DNA of 64,000 nucleotides from Candidatus Sericytochromatia bacterium (lineage in GTDB: Bacteria > Cyanobacteriota > Sericytochromatia > S15B-MN24 > JAQBPE01), in contig JAYKHR010000066.1 of the NCBI GenBank assembly GCA_035285125.1, positions 32,001 to 96,000 of the forward strand, in the 5' to 3' direction. This document shows positions 33,174-44,828 of this stretch, in pieces. The position numbers and the translations under genes are program-made. Under the pieces are notes generated by a model that saw only the letters and a list, made by a program, of their open reading frames with translations, was not told the DNA's origin and ran no database searches. Numbering within the stretch: the stretch's first letter is position 1; the number at the start of each line of letters is the position of its first letter.

Positions 33174-33830
33174 ATGTTCGATCCCCGCATGGCCCTCGTT
33201 CCCACCGTCGTCGAGTCCACGAGCCGCGGCGAGCGGGGCTACGACATCTTCTCGCGGCTGCTCAAGGAGCGCATCATCTTCCTGGGCACGCCCATCGATG
33301 ACGACGTTGCCAGCCTCATCATCGCGCAGCTGCTGTTCCTGGAGTCCGAGGACCCCACCAAGGACATCATGGTCTACATCAACAGCCCCGGCGGCGTGGT
33401 CACGGCGGGCATGGCCATCTACGACACCATGCAGTACATCAAGTGCGACGTGTCGACCATCTGCCTCGGCCAGGCGGCCTCGATGGGGTCCTTCCTGCTC
33501 GCCGCAGGCGCGCCGGGCAAGCGTATCGCGCTCCCGAACTCGCGCATCATGATCCACCAGCCCCTGGGCGGGGCGCGCGGGCAGGCGACGGACATCCAGA
33601 TCCAGGCGCAGGAAATCCTGCGGATGAAGAAGTACCTGACCAAGCTGCTGTCGATCCACACCAAGCAGGACGAAGACAAGCTCGCCCGCGACATGGAGCG
33701 CGACTTCTACATGTCTGCCGACGAGGCCAAGGCCTATGGCCTGATCGATCAGGTGCTCGCGCCGCGGATTGGTGCCGACAACGTGCCGATGCCTCCGATG
33801 GAGGGCGGCGAGGGCGACCTCAAGAAGTAG
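33174..33830 (+). CDS. clpP: ATP-dependent Clp protease proteolytic subunit
   Basis: [40 protein letters not shown]. Confidence 0.97.
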   Translation: MFDPRMALVPTVVESTSRGERGYDIFSRLLKERIIFLGTPIDDDVASLIIAQLLFLESEDPTKDIMVYINSPGGVVTAGMAIYDTMQYIKCDVSTICLGQAASMGSFLLAAGAPGKRIALPNSRIMIHQPLGGARGQATDIQIQAQEILRMKKYLTKLLSIHTKQDEDKLARDMERDFYMSADEAKAYGLIDQVLAPRIGADNVPMPPMEGGEGDLKK

Positions 33831-33834
33831 CCGC

Positions 33835-34107
33835 GTGCCACGCGCCACCCGCAGCTTCGAGACGGACCTGGGCGAGCTGGCCTACCAGATCGCCCGGTCT
33901 GATTCGTACCAGCGGCTCGTTGCCGACTTCAAGACCGGACGGGTCGACGATCAGGAGCTTCAGGAGAACCTTCTGGAACTCCTCGACACCGGTCGGTGCC
34001 GGTTTTTCGGCGACAGGGGCCCTGAGGAGTGGGGCTGGGTCCTCTCCGAGCCTGAGGTGGGGAAGCTCGCGGCCAACCTGTTCCGCGAGGCCGTCGGGGA
34101 CGGATGA
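33835..34107 (+). CDS. Hypothetical acidic 90-aa protein
   Basis: Between clpP and ansA; ATGA overlap with ansA. Confidence 0.6.
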   Translation: MPRATRSFETDLGELAYQIARSDSYQRLVADFKTGRVDDQELQENLLELLDTGRCRFFGDRGPEEWGWVLSEPEVGKLAANLFREAVGDG

Positions 34108-35105
34108 GCGCCCGAAAGCGCCTGCTCGTCATCAACACCGGCGGCACCCTGGGGATGGACCCGCGGAAAACCGCCCCGCTGGGGCCAAGTGCCCTGGCCG
34201 ATCAGGTGCTGCGGTTCATCCCGGAGGCGCGGGAGATCGCCGACATCGAGATGAAGGTGCTGTTCAACCAGGACAGCGCCAACGTGCAGCCCGCCCACTG
34301 GGATGCCATCGCGGCGTGCGTGGCGGAGGCCATCGACACCTACGACGGGTTCGTTGTCATCCATGGCACCGACACGATGGCCTACACGGCCGCGGCGCTG
34401 TCCTACATGCTGGTGAACCTGCCGCGCCCCGTCGTCCTGACGGGCGCCCAGCGGCCCATTGCCTCGATCCGCACCGACGCCAAGACGAACCTGGTCAACG
34501 CGCTGGAGCTGGCCACGCGCGACATTCCCGAGGTCGGGCTGTTCTTCGACCACCGCCTGTTCCGCGGCAACCGGGCCCACAAGGTGAGCATCGACGACTT
34601 CGACGCGTTCGCGTCGCCGAACTTCCCGCCCCTCGCGGAGGTGGGCCTGCACGTGCAGGTTCGCGAGGACCTGGTGCGGCGGCCGGCTGGCCTGTTCCAG
34701 CTTCAACCCGGGTTCTGTGACAAGGTGCTGATCCTGTGCCTTTTCCCCGGCCTTCGCCCCGAGCACCTCATGCCCCTCCTCGACGCGGACCTCAAGGCCT
34801 TCGTCATCGAGGCGTACGGGGCTGGCACGGTGCCCGTCGCAGAGCGCAGCCTGTTGCCCTTCATCGAGGAGGCAACGCGGCGGGGGCGGCTCGTGGCGAT
34901 CGCCTCCCAGGCCCTCTCGGGCAGGGTAGAGCCGGCGCTCTACGAGGCCGGGCGCCGGGCGCTCGACGCCGGCGCCGTCTCGTGTGGCGACATGACACCC
35001 GCGGCGGCGGCCGTGAAGCTGATGTTCATGTTGGCGCAGTATGCCGAGGACACCCGCAAAGTGGGCCGGGTGTTCGGGCAGTCGATCGCCGGGGAGCTCA
35101 CCTGA
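34104..35105 (+). CDS. ansA: Type I L-asparaginase
   Basis: TGGTLGM, HGTDTMAY, TGAQ.P, RGNR..K, F.SPN.P.L, YG.G, DMT. Confidence 0.92.
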   Translation: MSARKRLLVINTGGTLGMDPRKTAPLGPSALADQVLRFIPEAREIADIEMKVLFNQDSANVQPAHWDAIAACVAEAIDTYDGFVVIHGTDTMAYTAAALSYMLVNLPRPVVLTGAQRPIASIRTDAKTNLVNALELATRDIPEVGLFFDHRLFRGNRAHKVSIDDFDAFASPNFPPLAEVGLHVQVREDLVRRPAGLFQLQPGFCDKVLILCLFPGLRPEHLMPLLDADLKAFVIEAYGAGTVPVAERSLLPFIEEATRRGRLVAIASQALSGRVEPALYEAGRRALDAGAVSCGDMTPAAAAVKLMFMLAQYAEDTRKVGRVFGQSIAGELT

Positions 35106-35154
35106 CGCGGCCGCCCCAGGGCGCCCCGTGCAATGGGGGCCTGATCGTCCATGG

Positions 35155-35601
35155 TCAGGCGGGTGGGTCGGCCGCCAGCCGGCCGGCCTCGGCCACGAGC
35201 GCTGCAGCCCGAGGTCCCGCCAACTCCGGCGCTGCCTCGAGACCGGCCTCGAGGCACTTCAGGAACGCCGCGGGCTGATGGACGCGGCGCCACTGGTTGC
35301 CATCCCACGTGATGGTGACGAGGAGGCCGGGCGCATCCCCGCGCGCCGTGAGCCGAGGCAGCCACGCCACGACCACGGGCGAGCTGGCCGGCCCCAGCCG
35401 ATCGAGCGCTGCGAGCAGGACGAGCAACCCCCGGCCGCTGTCGTCGGCGGCAGCGTGGGCCGCGAGGGTGATCAGGCGCTCCCGTTGCTCGGTGGCACCC
35501 CGCCGGGTGGCGATGCGGCGCCAGCCCAAGACGGCGGCGCCCCCGAACCCCAGGCCGAACGTGCCGATCACGGCTGCAGCCAGCTGCCACGCGGAGCCCA
35601 T
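35155..35601 (-). CDS. Hypothetical membrane-anchored protein
   Basis: N-terminal TM; TGATG coupling to the upstream gene. Confidence 0.55.
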   Translation of the reverse strand: MGSAWQLAAAVIGTFGLGFGGAAVLGWRRIATRRGATEQRERLITLAAHAAADDSGRGLLVLLAALDRLGPASSPVVVAWLPRLTARGDAPGLLVTITWDGNQWRRVHQPAAFLKCLEAGLEAAPELAGPRAAALVAEAGRLAADPPA

Positions 35602-36134
35602 CAGCTTCCGCGCTCCTGCTGGCTCCCGGGCGCGAGCGCCGTGGGGCGAAAGCCTACCGCCAGCACGACCTGCCCCAGGGCAGGGCTCGCCACCGTGTCC
35701 AGCATCCAGCGCGCCTCTGGCCCCAGGGGCTTGCGCGTCCCCTTGCCCGACCGACACGTCTCAGTGAACGTGCGGGCCGCCACACGCCTGGCTTCGGCGT
35801 CCAGCCCGGCATCTTGCAGGAAGAGGCCCACGACGTGTTCCAGCCTCGGCATGTCCCGCTCCCGGCGGGGCAGCGGCAGCACCAGCACCTGCTGCACGAT
35901 GAGGCCGTCCTGGACGTCGACGAGGAGCAAGGGGTTGCCGATCGTGCAGCCCCGGGCGGGGCCAAACCGAAAGCGTGCGCCCTGGCGCCCCTCGTAGCGG
36001 AAGAGTCGGTCGCCCTGCAGCAGCAACGACTTCTCGAACCGAAGGTAGGTGTCGCCCAGCGCGGCCTCTGCCGGGGGTGCCCCCAGGACCGTCAGCGCAA
36101 GGCCCAGCGCCAGGCCCGAGCGGCCGGCCGTCAT
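35601..36134 (-). CDS. Hypothetical exported protein
   Basis: Signal peptide ending AEA; ATGA coupling. Confidence 0.6.
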   Translation of the reverse strand: MTAGRSGLALGLALTVLGAPPAEAALGDTYLRFEKSLLLQGDRLFRYEGRQGARFRFGPARGCTIGNPLLLVDVQDGLIVQQVLVLPLPRRERDMPRLEHVVGLFLQDAGLDAEARRVAARTFTETCRSGKGTRKPLGPEARWMLDTVASPALGQVVLAVGFRPTALAPGSQQERGS

Positions 36135-36271
36135 GCGTCGCGACCGGATGCCGGAGACTCTCCCAGTTCGGCCAGCAAGGCCTCCACCCGCTTGGTCATG
36201 GTGGTGGTGGGCACGAACAGCGAGATGAAGAAGAGCCACGCGAGGCGGATGTAGAGCTTCCAGCGTGCCAT
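36131..36271 (-). CDS. 46-aa small membrane protein
   Basis: MARWKLYIRLAWLFFISLFVP...; stop overlaps the next start. Confidence 0.55.
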   Translation of the reverse strand: MARWKLYIRLAWLFFISLFVPTTTMTKRVEALLAELGESPASGRDA

Positions 36272-36287
36272 CCGGCAGTCAGTCCCC

Positions 36288-36323
36288 AAAAGAAAGAGGG
36301 CGGCCGTTGCCGACCGCCCTCTT
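36288..36323 (-). terminator. Rho-independent terminator of the tRNA operon
   Basis: AAGAGGGCGG/CCGCCCTCTT stem followed by TCTTTT. Confidence 0.85.
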
Positions 36324-36328
36324 GCAGG

Positions 36329-36399
36329 CTCCCCGTCAAGGATTCGAACCTCGATTAACTGGGCCAGAACCAGTCGTCCTACCATTAGACGAACGGGGA
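36329..36399 (-). tRNA. tRNA-Gln(CTG), CCA not encoded
   Basis: Cloverleaf; anticodon arm ACTGG-TTCTGGC-CCAGT; GGTTCGAATCC T arm; followed by CCT. Confidence 0.95.
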
Positions 36400-36400
36400 A

Positions 36401-36476
36401 TGGCGTCCCTGACAGGACTTGAACCTGTGACCTTCTGCTCCGGAGGCAGACGCTCTATCCACTGAGCTACAGAGAC
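36401..36476 (-). tRNA. tRNA-Arg(CCG), CCA encoded
   Basis: GTCTCTGTAGCTCAGTGGATAGAGC...TCTGC-CTCCGGA-GCAGA...GGTTCAAGTCC...GCCA; TATACT -10 at 36487-36492. Confidence 0.96.
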
Positions 36477-36687
36477 TACACTGGAAAGTATACAGAAAGC
36501 CCTTCGGGGCGTCCAGAGGGTTCCAGCGCTTTTCCCCGGAAGGGCCGATCCGCCGGGGGCGTTCAGCGGGCCCCGGGTGCTGGTTCGCGGCGAGGCCTCC
36601 AGGCACCGCGACGGGGGCCCGAGGTTGGCCTGCAGGCGATCTCCCGCGTGGTAAGCTGTGCCAACGGCAGGTGGAGAGGGAGGTCCC

Positions 36688-37368
36688 GTGCGCTTCAAGG
36701 CGGTGTTGTTCGACATGGACGGCGTGGTGGCAGACACCATGCCGCTGCATCGTGAGGTGTGGCGGAGGTTCGCCGCCTCCCACGGCGTTCCGCGAACCCT
36801 TGAGGAGCTGCGGCCGCTCGATGGCCGGCGGGCAGGCGACATCGTGGAGCTGCTGCTAGGCGAGCGGGACCCCGACCGGGTGAACACCCTCGCGGAGGCC
36901 CGGGAGGCGCTGTATCGGGACCTGCTCGCCACGGCCACCGTCGAGGCCGTGACGGGGGTGCGCGAGCTGCTCGCGTGGCTGGGCGACAGGCGGATCCCGC
37001 GCGTGCTGGCCACCAGTGCCACGCCCGAGAACGTGGAGCAGGTGCTCGGCCCCCTCGGCCTGCGTGGCGCGTTCGAGGGGGTCGTGTCCTCGGTGGACGT
37101 CACGCGAGGCAAGCCGGACCCCGAGGTTTACGTGCGCGCCGCCGGCCGAGCGGGGGTGACGCCGGGTGACTGCCTGGTGATCGAGGACGCGCTGCCCGGG
37201 GTGGAGGCGGCCTGCGCCGCCGGCGCCACCTGCCTGGGACTGACGACGAGCCTGGCAGAGGGCCCGCTCCGAGCGGCCGGAGCGCGCTGGGTCGTGCCCG
37301 ACCTCCACGTCGCCACCATCCTGGCTCTTCCGGAGGTGGGCGCCTCCGAGGCGGCAGGGGCCCCCTGA
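36688..37368 (+). CDS. HAD-family phosphatase (beta-PGM/CbbY-like)
   Basis: FDMDGV, ATS, GKPDP, IEDA..GV.AA..AG. Confidence 0.9.
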   Translation: MRFKAVLFDMDGVVADTMPLHREVWRRFAASHGVPRTLEELRPLDGRRAGDIVELLLGERDPDRVNTLAEAREALYRDLLATATVEAVTGVRELLAWLGDRRIPRVLATSATPENVEQVLGPLGLRGAFEGVVSSVDVTRGKPDPEVYVRAAGRAGVTPGDCLVIEDALPGVEAACAAGATCLGLTTSLAEGPLRAAGARWVVPDLHVATILALPEVGASEAAGAP

Positions 37369-37440
37369 GCCGCTCCGCCAAGCTGGCTGCATCGGGTGTA
37401 TCATCTTCAGCTGGGCTTGGCCCTTCGGAGGAGGAACACC

Positions 37441-38442
37441 ATGACGCGCGTGCTGGCGGCAGACATCGGGGGCACCAAGGTCGCGATGGCGATCCTGTCG
37501 TGGCCGGAGGGTGGGGGAACCATCGTGGTGGAGGCGCACGAGCGCTTCGTCAGCGCGGACCATGCCACCTTCACCGAGATCCTGCGGGACTTTCGGCAGC
37601 GCCACCCGGAGCCCCTGGCGGCGACGGGCCTCGGCATCGCCGGGCCGGTGTTCGACCGTCGCTGCCAGGCCACCAACCTCCCCTGGACGGTGGACGCCCG
37701 GGAGCTCGAGGCCGCCCTGCCACTCGGTCGGGTGGCGCTCGTCAACGACTTCAAGGCCGCGGCCCTCGGGGTGCTCCACCTCCAGCCCGGCGAGTGGACC
37801 GAACTTAACGCCGGCACCCCTGAGCCAAACGCCCCGATTGCCGTCCTCGGTGCAGGCACCGGCCTCGGTGAGGCCTTCTTGTTCCACGACGGGGCCCGCT
37901 ACTGCGTCGTGCCCACCGAGGGCGGCCACAAGGACTTCGCGCCCCGGAACGAGCAGGAGATGGCCCTGCTCGGGTTCATGCTGAAGCGCCACGCCAGGGT
38001 CTCGTACGAGCGGCTCGTGTCGGGTGCTGGCGTCAGGGCCATCTACGACTTCCTCGTCGAGTCGGGCCACGGCCCAGCCCTGCCCGAGGTGGCCGACGCG
38101 TTCGACCGAGAGGACGATGCGGCCGTCATCTCGCGGCACGCGCTGGCCGGGGACGACCCCGTCTGCGTCGAGGCGATGCGGCTGTTTATGGCCATCTACG
38201 GCGCTGAGGCGGGCAACATGGCCCTGCAGGTGCTGGCGCGCGGCGGCGTTTACGTCGCGGGTGGGATCGGCCCCAAGAACCTGCCGCTCATGACCGACGG
38301 CACGTTCCGCGCCGCTTACACCCACAAGGGGCGCTTCTCAGAGCTGGTCGCGTCGATCCCGGTGCGGCTCGTGACGAACCCCCACCTCGCCTTGCTCGGG
38401 GCCGGGGCCGCCGCCATGGAACTCGAGCGCCAGAGCGGCTGA
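37441..38442 (+). CDS. glk: Glucokinase
   Basis: ADIGGT, AGPV, TNL.W, NDF.A, GAGTGLG, TEGGH, GGVY.AGGI, KGRF; GGAGGA SD. Confidence 0.93.
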   Translation: MTRVLAADIGGTKVAMAILSWPEGGGTIVVEAHERFVSADHATFTEILRDFRQRHPEPLAATGLGIAGPVFDRRCQATNLPWTVDARELEAALPLGRVALVNDFKAAALGVLHLQPGEWTELNAGTPEPNAPIAVLGAGTGLGEAFLFHDGARYCVVPTEGGHKDFAPRNEQEMALLGFMLKRHARVSYERLVSGAGVRAIYDFLVESGHGPALPEVADAFDREDDAAVISRHALAGDDPVCVEAMRLFMAIYGAEAGNMALQVLARGGVYVAGGIGPKNLPLMTDGTFRAAYTHKGRFSELVASIPVRLVTNPHLALLGAGAAAMELERQSG

Positions 38443-38523
38443 CGCTGGGCCCGCGGCGCGGTCGGCCGGGGCGGTTCCTCGCGGCCCGGGGCCGGCCACG
38501 CCGCGTGAGCGCCTCCGGCTGCC

Positions 38524-38561
38524 AAGAACCAGAAGGGCCTGTCCCCAACGGGGACAAGCCC
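38524..38561 (-). terminator. Hairpin terminator between convergent glk and the OPT gene
   Basis: GGGC.TGTCCC stem with a T-rich tail on the minus strand. Confidence 0.6.
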
Positions 38562-38579
38562 GTGCCGTGCGCCGGGCGC

Positions 38580-40520
38580 TTACAGCTTGAGCACGATCGT
38601 GAGCCCGATGATGACCACGGCCGCGATGCTCTCGCCTGCGATCACGCCGGACGAGAACGGGATGGTGTGCCGCTCGGCGAGAGCCGGCCGCAACCGCATC
38701 AGCCACCAGGCGGTGAAGGCCCCCAGGAAGATGGCGACGGAGTTGCCGAAGGGCAGCACGAGCGCCAGGCCCAGGCCCGTGGGGGAGGGCAGCCACTTGC
38801 GCCACGCCGGCCGGAAGTGCTCGAGCAGCGTGACCACGATGCCGAAGGCGATGGTGAAGGCGGCAAACTGCAGGGCCGTGGGGGGCAGGGCGGAGAGGCC
38901 CTTGGCGAGGGCTTCTGCCGTGGCCTTCCAGACCAGCGCCCCGGGGGCGGCGAAGGTGGTGCCCAGCACCGAGGCGTCGGGCACCAGCAAGAAGTAGGCA
39001 GGGATGCAGAACAGCGTGCCAGCCAACACGCCGTAAAGCTGGGCCAAGAACTGCTGGCGCGGGTTGGCGCCCAGCAGGTAGCCGCTCTTGAGGTCCACGA
39101 GCAGATCCGCCGAGTGGATGGCGGCCCCGGCCGTCACGTTGGCCGTCATCAGGTTGGTGATGGGCTGGCCGGGGGCGATGGCGCCGTAGGTGAGCTGGGT
39201 GACCTTGCCCATCGCCCCCGTGGGGGAGATGTCCGTCTCGCCAGTGACGCGCGAGACGACCATCGACAGGACCACCGCCAGGAACACCGCCAGCAAGGCC
39301 ATCAGGAACGGGATGTGGAACAGCCACATCTGGAGGACGACGCACGCCACGCCGCCCACGGCGAAGCCGTACACAAACCAGTGCCCGGGCACCTCGATGG
39401 CCGCGGCGCGGGCGTCCTGGTTCGTGGCGCCCTGAGGCTTGAAGACGTCTGTGATGCCCGAAAAGCCCCTGGCCAGGGAGGGCCAGATCAGGGCCAGTCC
39501 GACCAGGGTGGAGATGACGAGCATGCCCGTGCCGGGCCAGGTGGTCCACGCCACCACCTGCTTCTGGCCGCCCTCGATCACGACGCCGTTCGCCACGATC
39601 TTGTTTTGAATCAGCCACGGGGCGATGAAGAGCCAGTTGAGCAGCGCCCCGACCAGCACGCTGACGCCAGTCCGCATCCCGATGATGGCGCCCGCGGCGT
39701 AGAGCAACAGGCTGGTGTCGAGCCCCAGCGTCAGCTTGTTCCAGGGGATGCCCTGGTAGGTGTGCCTGGTGGGGTCCGCCGGCAGCTGCCCGGGGATGGC
39801 GAGGACCTCGAGGGGCTTCAGGGCGGCGTACTTGGCGCACAGGGCCGGGTGGAGATCCTTGAAGTAGGCCACGGCAGCGCCGAGCAGCCCGCCGATGCCC
39901 AGAGAGCGGGCCTTCGCCAAGGCCTCTTCACCGTGACCGTGCAGGCTCTTGATGGTCTCGGCCGCGGCGATGCCGCTCGGGAAGGGCAGCTGGTCGATGT
40001 TGATCATCTGGCGCTTCATCGGGATGGCGATGAACACGCCGAGGATGGAGATGGCGCCGATCCACAAGAACAGGTGGAAGCCGCTCAGCACGGGCTGTTC
40101 GAGCAGCAGCAGGGCGGGAATGGCCGTGGTCAGGCCGGCTGAGGCCATGAACCCGGCCGCGGAGCTGACGGACTGCATGGCGTTGTTCTCGAGGTCGGTG
40201 AACTCTCCCCCGGGCAGGATCCCCTCCAGCGCCTTGAAGATGGCGTACGCCAGGATGCCCGCCGTGATCGTCACGCCGAAGCCCCAGCCGGTCTTGAGGC
40301 CGACGTAGAGGTTCGAGACCGACATCACGCCGCCGATCACCATGCCCATCACCACGGCGCGACCCGTGAGCTGCTTGACGTCCCCGCGGTAGACGCGGTC
40401 ATACCAGTAGGCCTCTCGCTCGTCGGGCGCCATGCCGGCCATCGCCTGCATGGCCTGGCTCAGGTCGGGGGCCCCGTCGGGACCGTGGGGTGGCTGGGTG
40501 GGGGCTTGCTCGGCGGACAT
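38580..40520 (-). CDS. OPT/YSL-family oligopeptide transporter
   Basis: [42 protein letters not shown]; many TM segments. Confidence 0.92.
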   Translation of the reverse strand: MSAEQAPTQPPHGPDGAPDLSQAMQAMAGMAPDEREAYWYDRVYRGDVKQLTGRAVVMGMVIGGVMSVSNLYVGLKTGWGFGVTITAGILAYAIFKALEGILPGGEFTDLENNAMQSVSSAAGFMASAGLTTAIPALLLLEQPVLSGFHLFLWIGAISILGVFIAIPMKRQMINIDQLPFPSGIAAAETIKSLHGHGEEALAKARSLGIGGLLGAAVAYFKDLHPALCAKYAALKPLEVLAIPGQLPADPTRHTYQGIPWNKLTLGLDTSLLLYAAGAIIGMRTGVSVLVGALLNWLFIAPWLIQNKIVANGVVIEGGQKQVVAWTTWPGTGMLVISTLVGLALIWPSLARGFSGITDVFKPQGATNQDARAAAIEVPGHWFVYGFAVGGVACVVLQMWLFHIPFLMALLAVFLAVVLSMVVSRVTGETDISPTGAMGKVTQLTYGAIAPGQPITNLMTANVTAGAAIHSADLLVDLKSGYLLGANPRQQFLAQLYGVLAGTLFCIPAYFLLVPDASVLGTTFAAPGALVWKATAEALAKGLSALPPTALQFAAFTIAFGIVVTLLEHFRPAWRKWLPSPTGLGLALVLPFGNSVAIFLGAFTAWWLMRLRPALAERHTIPFSSGVIAGESIAAVVIIGLTIVLKL

Positions 40521-40734
40521 CGGTGCCTCGGCTCGGTGGCGGGAACAGTCGCCCTGCCCCGCGCGTCCGACGCCCGAGACAGGCGCCCTCGTTGTACCCA
40601 CCCGATACGGGGGAGGCACCGGGCAGGTCCACTCCCCCGCCCGGCGGCCTGAAATCCGCGCCGTGCCTGTGTTAGGATGGGGGTGGACAATGACGTCACG
40701 GCGGCTTCTGCCCGCCCGGAAGAGGACCACCCCG

Positions 40735-43700
40735 ATGACCACGGACCTGCCGACCGCCTCCCCCCAGGCCCCGGGCCCCTACGCGCCGCGCCACGGCGTC
40801 CGCTTCGTCACGGCCGCCTCGCTGTTCGACGGCCACGACGCCGCCATCAACATCATGCGGCGCATCCTCCAGGCCACGGGCGTGGAGGTGATCCACCTCG
40901 GGCACAACCGATCCGTGCGGGAGGTCGTCGAGACGGCGATCCAGGAAGATGCCCACGGCATCGCCATCTCGAGCTACCAGGGCGGCCACGTGGAGTACTT
41001 CAAGTATGCCGTGGAGCTGCTTCGGGAGCGGGGGGCGGGCCACATCCGGGTGTACGGGGGCGGGGGCGGCGTGATCGTGCCTGCCGAGATCGCGGAACTC
41101 GAGGCCAGCGGCGTCGCCAAGATCTTCTCGCCGGAGGACGGCCGCCAGCTTGGCCTTCAGGGGATGATCGATCGGATGGTGGCCGAGAGCGATCACGCGA
41201 TGGTGGAGCGAGGGTTGCCAGCGCCGGAGCACGTCGTGCCGACCCAGGCTCAGGCCGTGGCGCGGGCCATCACGGCTGTCGAGGCCGGGGCGGCCGACGG
41301 CCTGCTCGCCGCTCTGGCGGCGCGAGCCGCGGCGTCGACGGCGCCGGTGTTGGGAATCACTGGCACCGGCGGGGCAGGCAAGTCGAGCCTGACGGACGAG
41401 CTCGTGCGTCGGATCCTGGCAGACTTCCCGGAGCGTCGCATCGCCATCCTCTCGGTGGACCCCACGAAGCGCAAGACGGGCGGGGCTTTGCTCGGAGACC
41501 GAATCCGGATGAACGCCATCTACGACGAGCGCGTTTACATGCGCTCGCTCGCCACCCGCACGGCCCATGCCGCGACCTCCGGGGCCCTGCGCGACGCCAT
41601 CGCGGTGGTGCGCGGGGCTGGCTTCGACATGGTCATCGTCGAGACGGCCGGGATCGGGCAGTCGGACTCCGCCATCGTGGACCTCGTGGACGTCTCCCTC
41701 TACGTGATGACCAGTGAGTTCGGGGCGGCGAGCCAGCTCGAGAAAATCGACATGCTCGACTTCGCCGACCTCGTGGCCATCAACAAGTACGACAAGCGCG
41801 GGGCCCTCGACGCGCTTCGGGACGTGCGCAAGCAGTACCAGCGCAACCACCGCCGCTTCGACGAGCCTGTGGAGGCAATGCCGGTGTTCGGCACCGTCGC
41901 CTCGCAGTTCAACGACGAGGGCACCAACTGGCTGTACGTGAACCTGATGGAGGCCGTCGCCAGGAAGGCCGGGGCCGCATGGCAGCCACGGCTGCAGGTC
42001 GAGGCGCGTGACAGCCGCAGGCAGGCCGTGATCCCGCCTGACCGCGAGCGCTACCTCGCCGAGATCGCCGACGCCGTGCAGGCCCACAAGGCCGAGGCCC
42101 ACGCCCAGGCTGAGCGGGCCAGCGAGGCCTACGGCTGCTGGGTCGCCCTGCGCGCCCTCGGCGATGCCGTGCCCGCCATGGCGGGGCTCCTCGACCCAGC
42201 CGCCCTGGTGGACGCGGCCGCCGACCCGGCCGTGCAGGTGCTCCGACAGCGCTACCAGGCGGCGCTCCTCGACCTCTCTCGGGAGCACCTGGCGCTGCTC
42301 CAGGGCTGGCCGGCGCTCGCCGGCGCCTACCGGTCGCCGGTACACACCTACGAGGTGCGGGGCAAGGCCATCAAGGTCGAGAACACCACCGAGAGCCTGT
42401 CAGGGCTCGCCATCCCCAAGGTGGCGCTGCCCGATCACCGCGACTGGGGCGACCTGCTGGCCTGGCAGCTGCTGGAGAACGTGCCGGGGCGCTACCCCTA
42501 CACCGCAGGCGTCTTCGACTTCAAGCGCCAGGGGGAGGATCCCACGCGGCAGTTCGCAGGCGAGGGCACGCCCGAGCGCACCAACAAGCGGTTCCACTAC
42601 CTCTCCGAGGGACAGCCCGCGATCAGGCTGTCGACGGCCTTCGACTCGGTGACGCTCTACGGGGAAGACCCCGCGACCCCGCCCGACGTGTATGGCAAGA
42701 TTGGCAACTCGGGCGTCTCGATCTGCACCGTCGATGACGCCAAGAAGCTGTACTCGGGGTTTGACCTGTGCGCGCCCAGCACGTCGGTCTCGATGACCAT
42801 CAACGGGCCCGCCCCCATCCTGCTGGCTTTTTACCTGAACGCGGCCATCGACCAGCAGGTCGAGCGGCACCTGCACGAGACGGGGGCCTGGGACGCTGCC
42901 GCGGCGAGGATCGCGGCCCACTTCGAGTCCCAGGGGCTCCCCCGCCCGGTGTACCGCGGCACGGATGTTCCGGCAGCGGGTCGCCTGTACGGCCTTCGCA
43001 CCCTCGGCGTGACGGGTGACATGCTCGTCGATGCCGAGACCTACGCCCGCATCAAGGCCCAGACCCTCGCCGTGGTCCGCGGCACGGTTCAGGCCGACAT
43101 TCTGAAGGAAGACCAGGCGCAGAACACGTGCATCTTCAGCACCGAGTTCGCGCTGCGGATGATGGGGGACATCCAGCGCTACTTCATCGACCACGGCGTG
43201 CGGAACTACTACTCGGTATCCATCAGCGGCTACCACATTGCCGAGGCCGGGGCCAACCCGATCAGCCAGCTCGCCTTCACGCTGGCCAACGGCTTCACCT
43301 ACGTCGAGTACTACCTGGCACGGGGAATGGCGATCGACGACTTCGCCCCCAACCTCAGCTTCTTCTTCTCCAACGGCATCGATCCCGAGTATGCCGTCAT
43401 CGGTCGAGTGGCTCGGCGCATCTGGGCCACGGCCATGCGGCGGCGGTACGGCGCCAACGAGCGCTCGCAGAAGCTGAAGTACCACATCCAGACCTCCGGT
43501 CGCAGCCTGCACGCCCAGGAGATCGACTTCAACGACATCCGCACCACCCTGCAGGCCCTGTACGCCATCTACGACAACTGCAACTCGCTGCACACCAACG
43601 CCTACGACGAGGCCATCACGACGCCGACGGAGGAAAGCGTGCGGCGGGCCATGGCCATTCAGCTGATCATCAACCGGGAGCTGGGCCTTGCGCGAAACGA

Positions 43701-44178
43701 GAACCCGCTGCAGGGGGCCTTCATCATCCGGGAGCTCACGGAGCTCGTGGAGGAGGCCGTCCTCGCGGAGTTCCGCCGGCTGTCGCAGCGCGGCGGGGTG
43801 CTGGGCGCCATGGAGACCATGTACCAGCGCGGCAAGATCCAGGACGAGTCGATGCACTACGAGCACCTGAAGCATGACGGCCGCCTGCCCATCGTCGGCG
43901 TCAACACGTTCCTCAACCCCAAGCCCGTGGACTACGGCGGGGCGATCGAGCTCATCCGCTCCACCGAAGAGGAAAAGCGGCAGCAGATCGCCAACCTGAC
44001 GGCCTTCCACACTCGCAACCGCGAGGCTGCGCCGGCTGCGTTGGCGCGCCTGCAGGCCGAGGCAGTGGCTGGCGGCAACGTCTTCGAGGCGCTGATGGAG
44101 ACGGTGAAGACCTGCTCACTCGGACAGATCACCCGAGCGCTTTACGCGGTTGGCGGGCAGTACCGGCGAAACATGTGA
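40735..44178 (+). CDS. icmF: Fused isobutyryl-CoA mutase / G-protein chaperone
   Basis: B12 domain FDGHDAAIN; MeaB GTPase [19 protein letters not shown]; mutase [12 protein letters not shown]-terminal GGQYRRNM. Confidence 0.95.
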   Translation: MTTDLPTASPQAPGPYAPRHGVRFVTAASLFDGHDAAINIMRRILQATGVEVIHLGHNRSVREVVETAIQEDAHGIAISSYQGGHVEYFKYAVELLRERGAGHIRVYGGGGGVIVPAEIAELEASGVAKIFSPEDGRQLGLQGMIDRMVAESDHAMVERGLPAPEHVVPTQAQAVARAITAVEAGAADGLLAALAARAAASTAPVLGITGTGGAGKSSLTDELVRRILADFPERRIAILSVDPTKRKTGGALLGDRIRMNAIYDERVYMRSLATRTAHAATSGALRDAIAVVRGAGFDMVIVETAGIGQSDSAIVDLVDVSLYVMTSEFGAASQLEKIDMLDFADLVAINKYDKRGALDALRDVRKQYQRNHRRFDEPVEAMPVFGTVASQFNDEGTNWLYVNLMEAVARKAGAAWQPRLQVEARDSRRQAVIPPDRERYLAEIADAVQAHKAEAHAQAERASEAYGCWVALRALGDAVPAMAGLLDPAALVDAAADPAVQVLRQRYQAALLDLSREHLALLQGWPALAGAYRSPVHTYEVRGKAIKVENTTESLSGLAIPKVALPDHRDWGDLLAWQLLENVPGRYPYTAGVFDFKRQGEDPTRQFAGEGTPERTNKRFHYLSEGQPAIRLSTAFDSVTLYGEDPATPPDVYGKIGNSGVSICTVDDAKKLYSGFDLCAPSTSVSMTINGPAPILLAFYLNAAIDQQVERHLHETGAWDAAAARIAAHFESQGLPRPVYRGTDVPAAGRLYGLRTLGVTGDMLVDAETYARIKAQTLAVVRGTVQADILKEDQAQNTCIFSTEFALRMMGDIQRYFIDHGVRNYYSVSISGYHIAEAGANPISQLAFTLANGFTYVEYYLARGMAIDDFAPNLSFFFSNGIDPEYAVIGRVARRIWATAMRRRYGANERSQKLKYHIQTSGRSLHAQEIDFNDIRTTLQALYAIYDNCNSLHTNAYDEAITTPTEESVRRAMAIQLIINRELGLARNENPLQGAFIIRELTELVEEAVLAEFRRLSQRGGVLGAMETMYQRGKIQDESMHYEHLKHDGRLPIVGVNTFLNPKPVDYGGAIELIRSTEEEKRQQIANLTAFHTRNREAAPAALARLQAEAVAGGNVFEALMETVKTCSLGQITRALYAVGGQYRRNM

Positions 44179-44206
44179 GGGGTCTCACCGGGAGTCAGAC
44201 GAAGGG

Positions 44207-44734
44207 TCAGCGCACGAGGCGGATGGTGCCACCCGCCTTGAGTCCCCACTCCGCACAAGATCCCGCGGGCACCTCGAGCACGTAGTCCACCGGAACGTCA
44301 GGACCAAAAGTGGGGCACGGAAGGCCGCGCACGCAGGGCTGCGCGTCTGCGTAGACCGCGACGACACGCTCGCCGCGGACGAAGACCACGTCGATGGCAA
44401 AGTTCATGTCCGGCATCCAGATCTGAGCCGGCGTCGGGACATCCCAGCCGAGCACCAGCCCCGTGCCACGCGCCAGGCAAGGCCGTCCGGACAGCCCCTT
44501 CGTCCGGGACTCCAGCGTGAAGGCGAGATCAACGGGCACCTTGCGGTCGCCCAGCAGCACGTGCGAACGCGACGTGGTCGGTTCGCACGAGGCCTGCGGG
44601 CGGGCGGTGGGGGCCACGGAGGCGGTCGGCGCGGCCTCAGGCGTCGCGCCCGTGCCAGGGCCAGCGGCCAGGCGAGGTGGGTTGCAACCCAGCACCGCCG
44701 TCAGAACGGCGGCCACGATAGGCAGACGGGGCAT
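44207..44734 (-). CDS. DUF192-family lipoprotein
   Basis: Lipobox VLGC; R..GL.GR, WM..M.F.IDVVF, YVLEV.AG. Confidence 0.85.
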   Translation of the reverse strand: MPRLPIVAAVLTAVLGCNPPRLAAGPGTGATPEAAPTASVAPTARPQASCEPTTSRSHVLLGDRKVPVDLAFTLESRTKGLSGRPCLARGTGLVLGWDVPTPAQIWMPDMNFAIDVVFVRGERVVAVYADAQPCVRGLPCPTFGPDVPVDYVLEVPAGSCAEWGLKAGGTIRLVR

Positions 44735-44828
44735 GGTTCCTCCGGCGCTCAGGTGCCCCCCCGCTTGGCGGGGCCAGCCAAGATGTTACGATGACGCTCC
44801 CCCCTTGCGAAGCCCCCGGAGGCCCCGC

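Noticed and set aside
36288..36476. tRNA-anchored prophage or genomic island
   Set aside because: No integrase, no duplicated tRNA 3' end noticed, terminator intact
40521..40734. Cobalamin riboswitch before icmF
   Set aside because: No B12 box recognised; the region is explained by divergent -10 elements
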